From contig DATMON010000004.1 in NCBI GenBank assembly GCA_035568175.1, positions 374,864 through 438,863 of the forward strand: a DNA stretch of 64,000 nt. The letters are read 5' to 3'. Source of the stretch: Chthoniobacterales bacterium (GTDB lineage: Bacteria > Verrucomicrobiota > Verrucomicrobiia > Chthoniobacterales > UBA10450). Position numbers and translations under genes: made by a program. Below, piece after piece: positions 6,825 to 14,977 of the stretch (within the stretch, counting starts at the first letter, position 1; every line of letters starts with the position of its first letter). The notes beneath the pieces are model-generated. The model did no database searches. It worked only from the letters and a program-made list of their open reading frames with translations, and was not told the origin of the DNA.

Positions 6825-9560
6825 ATGATCGAAGTCCGCTACGACCAGGGAGTTTATCTGCCCGTGTCCGACCTGTGGCTCGATCCGTGGGAAGCCAAGC
6901 GGTTCGCTTTTGTGTCGCACGCGCACAGCGATCACATCGCGCCGCATGAAGAGATTGTTCTTTCCGAGCGCACTGCGCGTTTGCTCCAGGCGCGGATGCC
7001 CGGAACCCGAACCGAACATGTCCTGCCGTTCGGCGAACCACACCGCGTCCACGATGTCGATCTAACGCTGCTGCCGGCCGGTCATATTTTTGGCTCGGCT
7101 CAGTTGCTTCTCGCGACCGAAGACGAAACCCTGCTTTACACCGGCGATTTCAAATTGTGTCATGGAAAATCAGCCGAAGCAGCAGAATGGCGTCAGGCCG
7201 ACACGTTGATCATGGAAACGACGTTCGGTTTGCCGCATTACCAATTTCCGCCGACCAAACAAGTGATTACGCAAATCGTCGGGTTCTGCCGGAATGCGAT
7301 CGAAGAAGGCGCCGTGCCGGTCCTCCTCGGCTATTCGTTAGGCAAAGCCCAGGAGATCTTGTGTTCGCTCGAGGGCGCGGGACTGACGCCGATGTTGCAT
7401 GGCTCCGTTTATAAAATGACGCGTATTTACGAACAATTCGGGCAGTCGTTCTGCAAATACGTCCGTTACAACAAGAACAACCTTGCCGGCAAAGTGCTGA
7501 TCTGTCCGCCAAGCGCGAGTCATTCGCCGATGATCGAGAAAATTCCGCGCAAACGCGTCGCGATGATCACCGGTTGGGCAGTCGATCCGAATGCGATTTA
7601 TCGCTATCAGGTCGATGCCGCCTTTCCGCTTTCCGATCATGCCGACTACAACGATCTCATCCGCTATGTCGATCTTGTGCAACCGAAGCGCGTGCTTACC
7701 CTTCACGGCTTTGCCGCCGAGTTCGCGCGCGATTTGCGCGAGCGCGGAATCGAAGCTTGGGCGTTGAGCGAAGAAAATCAGATGGAACTGAAATTGCCAA
7801 AGAGCGTTGTAGCTGCCGGTGTCCCCACCGGCAGTTTTGTAAATCTGCCGCCGGAGACGGCGGCAGCTACACCATCCGAGTTTTTGGATTTCGCCAATGT
7901 CGGCGAGTCAATCGCCGCCACGGCGGCGAAATTAGAGAAAGTGCGCCTGCTCAGCGAATATTTGCGCAACCTGAACAGCGAGCAGTTACCGGCCGTAACG
8001 ACTTACCTGACCGGACGCGCATTCGCCCAGAGCGATTTACGAACATTGCAAGTTGGCTGGGCCGCAATTTATCGCGCGCTGCTCGCCGCCACAAAAATCA
8101 GTGAGAGCGAATTTCATCGTATCGCCGCGACTCACGGCGATCTCGGCAAGACTGCATTCGAAGTTCTCGAAGGACGAACGAAGCCGCAGCCATTTTCAAT
8201 TTTGGAATCCTGTGACTTGTTCGAAAAATTGCATCGCGCGCGCGGACCGATCGCAAAAACGAAACTTCTGCAAACGCGCTTTGCCAATTTATCGGCGCGT
8301 GAAGGTCAATACGTGGTCAAGATTTTGACCGGCGATCTTCGGATTGGGTTACGCGAGGGACTGGTGGAAGAAGCGATCTCGCGCGCGTTCGAAGTTCCAC
8401 TCGAGGAGGTCAAGGAAGCGAACATGTTGCTCGGCGATGTCGGCGCCACGGCATCGCTTGCGTCGGAAAAACAACTGGACCGCGCGGAGTTGTCGATCTT
8501 TCGCCCGATCAAATGCATGCTCGCGACCCCGGAGCCGACCGCGGAAGCGATTTGGGAGCGATTTCGCGACGAGGCCGAAGGGGCAGCAGTTGCAACCGTT
8601 TTCGTCGAAGACAAATTCGACGGCATTCGCGCGCAGCTGCATCGGGATTCCAAACGCGCCGAAATTTATTCGCGCGACCTGCGGCTCATCACCGATCAAT
8701 TTCACGAGCTGGCCGAACAGGCGCGCAAGTTCGATGTCGATCTTATCCTTGATGGCGAGATCGTTGCGTTTGAGCAGGGGCGCAGGCTGACGTTTTTCGA
8801 TTTGCAAAAACGGCTCGGCCGAAAAACGGACGGTGCGGATTTATTTGCAACGGCATCGGCCGATGTTCCAGTTGCGTTTATCGCCTTCGACTTGCTCTGG
8901 CTCAACGGCCGGTCGCTGCTGAAGACCGCGCTCCAGGAACGGCGCGAACTGCTGCGCGGTTTAAAATTACCGGCGCAATTTCAAACCGCAGAAGTTTTTC
9001 CCGCGCATTCAGCCACGGAAATCGACGAACGTTTTCAGCAAGCCCGGCGGCGATTAAATGAGGGCCTGATGGTCAAAGATCCGAACAGCTTCTACACGCC
9101 GGGGGCGCGTGGAATGTTTTGGTTCAAACTAAAGAAAGAACTCGCCACGCTCGACGTGGTGGTAGTCGGCGCGGAATTCGGTCACGGCAAACGCAACAAG
9201 GTGTTGAGCGATTATACTTTTGCAGTGCGCGATGAAACGAGCGGCGACCTTCTGCCGATCGGCAAGGCTTACAGCGGCCTGACCGATGTCGAGATCGCGG
9301 AGCTGACCGAGCACTTCAAACAAAACACGATCGTCGATGACGGTCGATATCGTGAAGTGAAGCCAGATACGGTTCTCGAAATCGCGTTTAACTCGATTCA
9401 GCCGAGTACGCGCCATGCGAGCGGACTGGCGCTGCGCTTTCCGCGCATCAAGGCGATTCGGCGGGACAAAAATGTCGATGCGATCGACACCCTGACCTAC
9501 GCACGCGAACTTGCGGCGCAGGCGGCACGAGCAGGCGTAGATGGAGCTACTAAGGCGTAG
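6825..9560 (+). CDS. Fusion protein: MBL/beta-CASP 'ligase-associated' exonuclease + ATP-dependent DNA ligase
   Basis: The ORF track gives 6681-9560. I prefer the ATG at 6825 ('MIEVRYDQG..'), which removes the overlap with the divergent gene. The N-terminal half has HxHxDH ('SHAHSDHI', near 6918) and the beta-CASP end '..LHGFAAEFARDLRERGIEAWAL'. The C-terminal half has ligase motif I 'EDKFDGIRAQL' (Lys codon at 8613) plus the OB-fold region 'WFKLKKE..LDVVVVGAEFGHGKR'. Confidence 0.85.
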   Translation: MIEVRYDQGVYLPVSDLWLDPWEAKRFAFVSHAHSDHIAPHEEIVLSERTARLLQARMPGTRTEHVLPFGEPHRVHDVDLTLLPAGHIFGSAQLLLATEDETLLYTGDFKLCHGKSAEAAEWRQADTLIMETTFGLPHYQFPPTKQVITQIVGFCRNAIEEGAVPVLLGYSLGKAQEILCSLEGAGLTPMLHGSVYKMTRIYEQFGQSFCKYVRYNKNNLAGKVLICPPSASHSPMIEKIPRKRVAMITGWAVDPNAIYRYQVDAAFPLSDHADYNDLIRYVDLVQPKRVLTLHGFAAEFARDLRERGIEAWALSEENQMELKLPKSVVAAGVPTGSFVNLPPETAAATPSEFLDFANVGESIAATAAKLEKVRLLSEYLRNLNSEQLPAVTTYLTGRAFAQSDLRTLQVGWAAIYRALLAATKISESEFHRIAATHGDLGKTAFEVLEGRTKPQPFSILESCDLFEKLHRARGPIAKTKLLQTRFANLSAREGQYVVKILTGDLRIGLREGLVEEAISRAFEVPLEEVKEANMLLGDVGATASLASEKQLDRAELSIFRPIKCMLATPEPTAEAIWERFRDEAEGAAVATVFVEDKFDGIRAQLHRDSKRAEIYSRDLRLITDQFHELAEQARKFDVDLILDGEIVAFEQGRRLTFFDLQKRLGRKTDGADLFATASADVPVAFIAFDLLWLNGRSLLKTALQERRELLRGLKLPAQFQTAEVFPAHSATEIDERFQQARRRLNEGLMVKDPNSFYTPGARGMFWFKLKKELATLDVVVVGAEFGHGKRNKVLSDYTFAVRDETSGDLLPIGKAYSGLTDVEIAELTEHFKQNTIVDDGRYREVKPDTVLEIAFNSIQPSTRHASGLALRFPRIKAIRRDKNVDAIDTLTYARELAAQAARAGVDGATKA
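7808..7871. repeat. REP-like palindromic element (copy e), translated in frame as the exonuclease-ligase linker
   Basis: TGTAGCTGCCGGTGTCCCCACCGGCAGTTTTGTAAATCTGCCGCCGGAGACGGCGGCAGCTACA. It has an 11-bp perfect terminal inverted repeat and two internal 9-bp stem-loops (CTGCCGGTG/CACCGGCAG and CTGCCGCCG/CGGCGGCAG). Confidence 0.75.
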
Positions 9561-11439
9561 CCGAAGGGGACGGTGAAGCGCCTGGTTGATTACCTTGTTT
9601 GAGTTCCCGCTTTGATTCCTTCTTCTCTTCTCGTTTCTGCTCTTTCTTTTCCTTTTTGGTCAGATTTTCGGCTGGTGAAATCGAAGCGGCAGGACTTGTA
9701 CTCGCCCGCGCCGGAGACGTCGGAGCTGGCGTCGCCGAGACTGCTGCTCCCATCGGCACGATCTTGCGATGATGAGCGTCCTGCTCTTGAGATTTGAATT
9801 TGCCGGGGGCTGCTTCCGGTTGCTCCACGCCAGTGGCTGCCGGGCCAGCCGCTCGCGAAGGCACCGGCGTCGTAGTTGCAGCAACAGTGTGTGTTGGAGT
9901 CGGCGAAACCGACGCCACTGGTCTTGGTGTCGCGCTCGGCGTTGCCCGCGGAGTCGGTGTTGCATTCGGAACCAGCAATCGTCCGCGGCGTTGCGACGCA
10001 GTCGGCAAAGCTGATGCTGACGACGTCGGCGTCGCGGTTGCGGCCGATGTCGGTGATCGCTCAGACGGAGTTACCCTCCGCGGCGTCATCTTCGGTTCGC
10101 GAGTCGATGTTGGACCCGCAGATGGCGCTTCTGTCGGTGATTGTTCAACCGAAAGTGCTTTTCGCGGAGTGGCCTTCGGTTCAGGCGACATCGTGGCCGA
10201 CGGCAATGGCGTGGCGGCGACCGATGTCGATGAAGCCGGCGTCTCGGAACCTTCAGAAGCCGCGGTCGTTGCCGCAGCAGCCTTTACAAATTTTTTTGAT
10301 GGCGCATTCGGCGGCGGAGTCGCTTCCGCTTTCATTTTCTCACGCGTTTTCTTGGCAAGTTCGTGATCGGCAATTCCCGCCCAACCGAGATCGACCGTAA
10401 CTTGCGTGATGTTTTGTTTCACAGCCCGCGGCCGTTCGCTCGCCTGCGGCGCCGAAATCACCGGCGCAGCCACGATTACGGTTTCGCCCTGAACAAGCGG
10501 ACGTGGTGCTTCCACATTCACGTCAACACTGAGGTTGCGTTCCAAGCGAAATCGCTGCATTGGCTCGCGGCTTTGCGCGCGCAACTCGTCGTAGTTCGGA
10601 CCTTCGTTAACGACGGTCGTGTTATTATAAGTGATGTTCGTGACGTTGGTGGTTTGATTGACGATGGTCACGTTGCGTTCCGGCGGCACAATGGTGGACT
10701 CGATCCGCTGCGCGCCGAATTCTCTGGTCGGGACAAAAGAATATTGGTCCGGACCGATGTCGTAATAATTATCGGACCAATTGTGGATGCCGGTGCGCTG
10801 ATCGAATCGCGCTTCCGGCGGCAGCGGCGCCCAGCCGACGTAATCGTTGCTCTTGCGCCAGGAAACCCAGGCCGGCGCCCATTGATCACCAGGAACCCAA
10901 ACCCAGCCGATTCCGCCCAGGCGCGTCCAGCGGCCGTAGTGATACGTGGCCCAGCCGAATGGCTCCTCGGAGATCCAAGTCCAGCCGGCGTCGGTGTAAA
11001 CCCAGCGACCGTTCGTGTAAGGACGCCAACTTCGCGAGCTTTCTGCTTCGCGCGGTTGCCAAACATAGCCGTAATCATTTGTCTCCAACCACGCGCCATG
11101 AGGCTCGAGCTGGGTATAAAAAGTTGAATAGCCTCCAGTCGGCGCGCTTTCTCGAGGAGGACGCGCGCGCGACTCGATGGGCTCGGATTCAGATCGCTCG
11201 CGAGGGCCCGGCGTCGCTGCAGCCGCGTTCTCCTTTTCCGCGAGCGCTTTTTCGCGCGCATCGAGATCGGCTTGCCGCTGTTGAAGCTGTTGCTGCTGCT
11301 CGACCTGATGTTCCGCCACCAGTCGTTCCTGGACCTGGCGCTCAACTTCCGCGTTCTTTTCGGCTTCCGTTTGCTGTTTCTGGCAGGAAATAAGAGCTGC
11401 GACCGCTATCACGGCCGGGAATACAAAAAGCTTGTTCAT
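9550..11439 (-). CDS. Lipoprotein with a W/G-rich DUF6600-like domain and a long P/T/S/A-rich, K/E-terminated tail
   Basis: 629 aa. Lipobox 'AALISC', a Q-rich coiled coil, the region 'WRPYTNGRWVYTDAGWTWISEEPFGWATYHYGRWTRLGGIGWVWVPG..WAPAWVSWR', then about 250 aa of low complexity ending 'KKEKKEQKREEKKESKR'. Confidence 0.7.
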   Translation of the reverse strand: MNKLFVFPAVIAVAALISCQKQQTEAEKNAEVERQVQERLVAEHQVEQQQQLQQRQADLDAREKALAEKENAAAATPGPRERSESEPIESRARPPRESAPTGGYSTFYTQLEPHGAWLETNDYGYVWQPREAESSRSWRPYTNGRWVYTDAGWTWISEEPFGWATYHYGRWTRLGGIGWVWVPGDQWAPAWVSWRKSNDYVGWAPLPPEARFDQRTGIHNWSDNYYDIGPDQYSFVPTREFGAQRIESTIVPPERNVTIVNQTTNVTNITYNNTTVVNEGPNYDELRAQSREPMQRFRLERNLSVDVNVEAPRPLVQGETVIVAAPVISAPQASERPRAVKQNITQVTVDLGWAGIADHELAKKTREKMKAEATPPPNAPSKKFVKAAAATTAASEGSETPASSTSVAATPLPSATMSPEPKATPRKALSVEQSPTEAPSAGPTSTREPKMTPRRVTPSERSPTSAATATPTSSASALPTASQRRGRLLVPNATPTPRATPSATPRPVASVSPTPTHTVAATTTPVPSRAAGPAATGVEQPEAAPGKFKSQEQDAHHRKIVPMGAAVSATPAPTSPARASTSPAASISPAENLTKKEKKEQKREEKKESKRELKQGNQPGASPSPSATP

Positions 11440-11472
11440 CGCGATGATTAGACCTCTTTTCTTCCTCGTTAT

Positions 11473-11655
11473 TCAACGGGTTGGCGCCTGCGAGGGCGTC
11501 GCGGTTTGAGCGGAAGCCGGCGTGAAAATGACGCTTTCTATTTTTGCGCGTCGCAGCTTTTGGATATTCGCGTAAAGCGCGACCAGTGCGAACCCGATGG
11601 CGATGGCGAGCATGAGTCGCACAACATTTTTCGACACGCCGGATTCCGAGCTCAC
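11473..11655 (-). CDS. Small single-pass membrane protein (hypothetical)
   Basis: 60 aa with one clear TM helix 'VVRLMLAIAIGFALVALYANI'. It is packed between same-strand genes. No homology recognised. Confidence 0.35.
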   Translation of the reverse strand: MSSESGVSKNVVRLMLAIAIGFALVALYANIQKLRRAKIESVIFTPASAQTATPSQAPTR

Positions 11656-11662
11656 GCCGAAA

Positions 11663-12310
11663 CTATCGATGTCGATCTTGCCGGCGCAAATCTTCTTCGG
11701 TCAACTGCAACGCTGCGATCGAATCCATCACCCGTTGGCTCAACCGCGCGTAAAGATCTTTACCGCCGGTGGTAAGATCTGCATCCGAGAAATAAATCGG
11801 CTCACCAACTACGATCGTGATTTTACGCCACAAATGAATCCTTCCGTGGATCGGCCAGGCATCGAACGCGCCGAAAATACGCATCGGCACAACCGGTGCG
11901 TGCGTTTTCGCGATGAGCAAGCCCAGACCCGCCGCGGCGGGCTGCAGATTCCCGTCTGGCGTGCGCGAGCCTTCTGGAAAAACCAATGCGCACTCGCCCG
12001 CGCTCAGGATTCGAATCAACGCTTTCAGCGCGCTTCGGTCACCGCCTTGCAAATTGACTGGAACGACGTTGAGCTTGGGTAAAAGCCAGCCGAGCACCGG
12101 TATATTCATCAACGATTTTTTCGCCAGAAAATAAATAGGCCGATCGCAAGCGTTACCGGCCAGCGGTGGATCGAAAAAACTTTGGTGATTTATGGCCAGA
12201 ATCACCGGCCCGGTCTGAATGACGCGCTCCCGGTTGATAATTCGGAACCCGAAAAACAACTGCGCGAGTAACCGACTGAGATGGTAACCGAGCCAGTAGT
12301 AAAAATTCAT
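11663..12310 (-). CDS. plsC: 1-acyl-sn-glycerol-3-phosphate acyltransferase
   Basis: 215 aa. HX4D motif 'NHQSFFDP' and 'VFPEGSRTPDG' are typical of the PlsC/LPLAT family. Confidence 0.8.
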   Translation of the reverse strand: MNFYYWLGYHLSRLLAQLFFGFRIINRERVIQTGPVILAINHQSFFDPPLAGNACDRPIYFLAKKSLMNIPVLGWLLPKLNVVPVNLQGGDRSALKALIRILSAGECALVFPEGSRTPDGNLQPAAAGLGLLIAKTHAPVVPMRIFGAFDAWPIHGRIHLWRKITIVVGEPIYFSDADLTTGGKDLYARLSQRVMDSIAALQLTEEDLRRQDRHR

Positions 12311-12334
12311 TACCGGTTTTGTGATCTAATTTCG

Positions 12335-12991
12335 TTAAACCGCTAAATTTCTTCCGCGCAATCGGTTAACGATTTCATCTACGACCTGCTCGACGGTGAG
12401 ATTTGAGGTATCAATCACTTCGGCGTCTTCGGCGACGACGAGCGGAGAAGCGGCGCGCGACGAATCGGCTTGATCGCGGCGCGCGATTTCGTCGCGATGT
12501 CCCTGGGCGGCGCGCCGTTGAGCACGCACTTCGGGCGACGCATCGATGTAAAACTTATAGGGCGTTTCTGAAAAAACTACCGAGCCAATGTCGCGACCTT
12601 CAACGACCAGGTCATGCTTGTTCGCGTAATCGCGCATTCTCCGCACAAGAATCTCGCGAACTTCCGGGACCGTGCTCACGCGCGACACTTCGCTGTTCAC
12701 GCGATCTTCGTGCAGATGTTCCGTTAGATCGACATTGTCGATCAAAAGGTGAAGTTCCCGGTCCTTCAACACGCCACCCACCGACAAAGTCGCGATTAGT
12801 TCCGCGATCCGACGTTCGTCTGACGGATCGATACCAGCTTTAAGCACCGACCAGGTGACAGCGCGATACATCGCACCGGAATTGACGTAAACGAAGCCAA
12901 GACGACGCGCCAGCTGACGGGCTACGCTGCTCTTTCCCGAAGCGGCCGGACCGTCGATGGCGATTACACGATGTCGATCTTGTGCTTGCAT
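12335..12991 (-). CDS. cmk: Cytidylate kinase
   Basis: Start taken at the ATG at 12991 ('MQAQDRHRVIAIDGPAASGKSSVARQLA'; P-loop GPAASGKS). The longer track ORF, extending to 13291, would overlap aroA. Confidence 0.9.
   Translation of the reverse strand: MQAQDRHRVIAIDGPAASGKSSVARQLARRLGFVYVNSGAMYRAVTWSVLKAGIDPSDERRIAELIATLSVGGVLKDRELHLLIDNVDLTEHLHEDRVNSEVSRVSTVPEVREILVRRMRDYANKHDLVVEGRDIGSVVFSETPYKFYIDASPEVRAQRRAAQGHRDEIARRDQADSSRAASPLVVAEDAEVIDTSNLTVEQVVDEIVNRLRGRNLAV
12725..12745. repeat. Back-to-back inverted pair of the hyper-abundant 10-mer (degenerate copies) inside cmk
   Basis: TAGATCGACA-T-TGTCGATCAA, a near-perfect 21-nt palindrome. See the first finding. Confidence 0.6.
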
Positions 12992-13049
12992 CTGTGACTG
13001 CGCGCGACGCGCAGTTTTTCGCGGAACGCGTGGGGAAGCAAGCGCTTGA

Positions 13050-14399
13050 TTATTCTTCCACCGGCGCAGCCGGCACGAGCGTGCCAATGACCGGGGTGCT
13101 GGTGCGAGCCCGTCTTGGACTGATGAACTCGTCCAAAGCTCGTTCGAAGCCCGGATACGATTCACGAATGCACTCGGCATCTTGAATAATTGTTTCGCCG
13201 TCGGCAAAGAGACCTGCCACTGCGAAGGCCATCGCGATTCGGTGATCGCCAAAACTGGACAGTCGCGCACCGCGCAACGGCGCGGGCCCATGGATTTCTA
13301 GGCCGTCATTGAGCTCAATCACTTGCACGCCCATACCCCGTAAATTATGGGCGATGGCAGAGATCCGATCGGTTTCTTTGACGCGCAGCTCATGAGCGTG
13401 GCGAATGATCGTCGTGCCGCTGGCCAACGCGCCCGCGACTGCCAGCACCGGCAATTCGTCGATCAATTGCGGGATTTCTTTCCCGTGAATCACCGTGCCT
13501 TTGAGCGGCGCACCGGTCACTTCAACGACGCCGCGCGGTTCCAATTGATCGACACCTTCGACCGCTTCGCGCACTTGCGCGCCCATTCGAACCAAAACAC
13601 CAAGTAAGGCCGTTCGGGTGTCGTTCAATCCGATGTTACGCACGAGGAGATGGCCGCCCGATTGCGCCGCCGCCGCGACCAACCAGAAGGCCGCTGAAGA
13701 AAGGTCGCCTGGAATCGAAAAATCGCGCGACTCCGGGACCTGGTCGCCGAAAACGCTGATCGTGTCTTCGCCTTTCGCGGTGCGGATTAAAAAATAATTA
13801 AACATCAGCTCGGTGTGATTGCGGCTTGCCGATGGCTCATCCACGGTCGTTTTGCCCTTGGCGAAGAGTCCGGCCAGGAGAATGGCGCTTTTGACCTGAG
13901 CACTGGCGACGGGCGAACGATAACGGATACCGCGCAAAGATCCGCCACGGATGCGCAGCGGCGGCGTTTGTTCCGGACCTTCAGCGACAATGTCCGCGCC
14001 CATTTTTCGCAGCGGCTCGATAATACGGTCCATTGGGCGGCGGGTAAGGGACGGATTCCCGACTAATCGCGTTTCAAAAGTTTGACCGGCAAGCAAACCG
14101 GCGAACAGACGCATGGTTGTACCGGAGCCGCCGCAATCGATCTCGTCTTTTGGCGGGGTCAGGACGCGTTTCTTTCCGTGGACAATGAGAATGTCCGGTT
14201 CGGGTTGTTCAATCTGGATTCCAAGCGCTCGCAATGCGCCAACCGTATGCATGCAGTCGTCGCTCGGAAGGAAGCCGCGCAAATTGCAGACGCCGTTTGA
14301 AAGCGCAGCAATAATAGCGGCGCGGTGTGAGATACTTTTGTCGCCCGGAACAGTGATCTCAGCTTCAATCCGAGGCGCTCGTTTTACGCGCAGCTCCAT
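13050..14399 (-). CDS. aroA: 3-phosphoshikimate 1-carboxyvinyltransferase (EPSP synthase)
   Basis: 449 aa. 'VPGDKSISHRAAIIAAL', 'GGSGTTMRLFAGLLAG' and 'RVKETDRI' are AroA hallmarks. The aroA-cmk order is common. Confidence 0.95.
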   Translation of the reverse strand: MELRVKRAPRIEAEITVPGDKSISHRAAIIAALSNGVCNLRGFLPSDDCMHTVGALRALGIQIEQPEPDILIVHGKKRVLTPPKDEIDCGGSGTTMRLFAGLLAGQTFETRLVGNPSLTRRPMDRIIEPLRKMGADIVAEGPEQTPPLRIRGGSLRGIRYRSPVASAQVKSAILLAGLFAKGKTTVDEPSASRNHTELMFNYFLIRTAKGEDTISVFGDQVPESRDFSIPGDLSSAAFWLVAAAAQSGGHLLVRNIGLNDTRTALLGVLVRMGAQVREAVEGVDQLEPRGVVEVTGAPLKGTVIHGKEIPQLIDELPVLAVAGALASGTTIIRHAHELRVKETDRISAIAHNLRGMGVQVIELNDGLEIHGPAPLRGARLSSFGDHRIAMAFAVAGLFADGETIIQDAECIRESYPGFERALDEFISPRRARTSTPVIGTLVPAAPVEE

Positions 14400-14470
14400 A
14401 AATCAATCAAAAAGCGATGCTCCATTCAGTATCTGGCATATCTGGCATTCAGCATCGACCGCAACTGCCG

Positions 14471-14866
14471 TTACGGAACAAGAAAGATTTTGTTCGTGAA
14501 GGGATCCTTAACTTCTGTCCCCGGCGGAAAACCGCGCACATCGACAAGTCCCTGGTCGGCAGCGTAGGGGCTTTTCACAAAGCCAGGTTTGCCAGGAACA
14601 GGCGTGCCGTAGGGATAATCGCCTTTTGCTGTTTTGGCGGGCGCGGCGGCCGTGGGCGCCGGCGCTGGCGGTTGCGCCGTTGTCTCAACGTTTTCCGGTG
14701 GCGGTGCGTTCGGATTAAACGGTTGCTGTGTCGGCTGATTTTCTACACCGGTTTCGGCAGGATACCGCGCGGACGTTCGCCGCGCGCCGGCAGGCGGTAC
14801 CTCGTTATCGCTGCAAGCCGAAATAAAGAGCCCGGTAAGCAGCGCGAGTGAAAGCCACAATTTCAT
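14471..14866 (-). CDS. Small lipoprotein (hypothetical)
   Basis: 131 aa. Lipobox 'LFISAC', a P/A-rich linker and the C-terminal module '[44 protein letters not shown]'. Confidence 0.5.
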   Translation of the reverse strand: MKLWLSLALLTGLFISACSDNEVPPAGARRTSARYPAETGVENQPTQQPFNPNAPPPENVETTAQPPAPAPTAAAPAKTAKGDYPYGTPVPGKPGFVKSPYAADQGLVDVRGFPPGTEVKDPFTNKIFLVP

Positions 14867-14977
14867 AATTTTCTTGGACGGAGTTTACACTGGTTCTATT
14901 TCAATGCCAATGCACTCAGAATCGCAATTCGATTTTGTAAGAGCCAATCCGACGGCGATTTCCGAACCTGTTGCAGC

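Noticed and set aside
12992-13291. The N-terminal 100-codon extension of the cmk ORF, overlapping aroA.
   Set aside because: The extension has no Cmk homology and overlaps the well-supported aroA 3' end. The ATG at 12991, immediately before the P-loop, gives a normal-length Cmk. I applied the same logic to the extensions at 22629-22919, 25165-25371, 38990-39085, 57039-57122 and 60080-60583.
14431-14448. The tandem repeat ATCTGGCAT-ATCTGGCAT between aroA and the upstream lipoprotein gene, considered as a sigma-54 (-24 TGGCAC / -12 TTGC) promoter.
   Set aside because: The spacing and the -12 element do not fit, and the orientation is wrong for the downstream minus-strand gene. It is most simply a 9-nt duplication.
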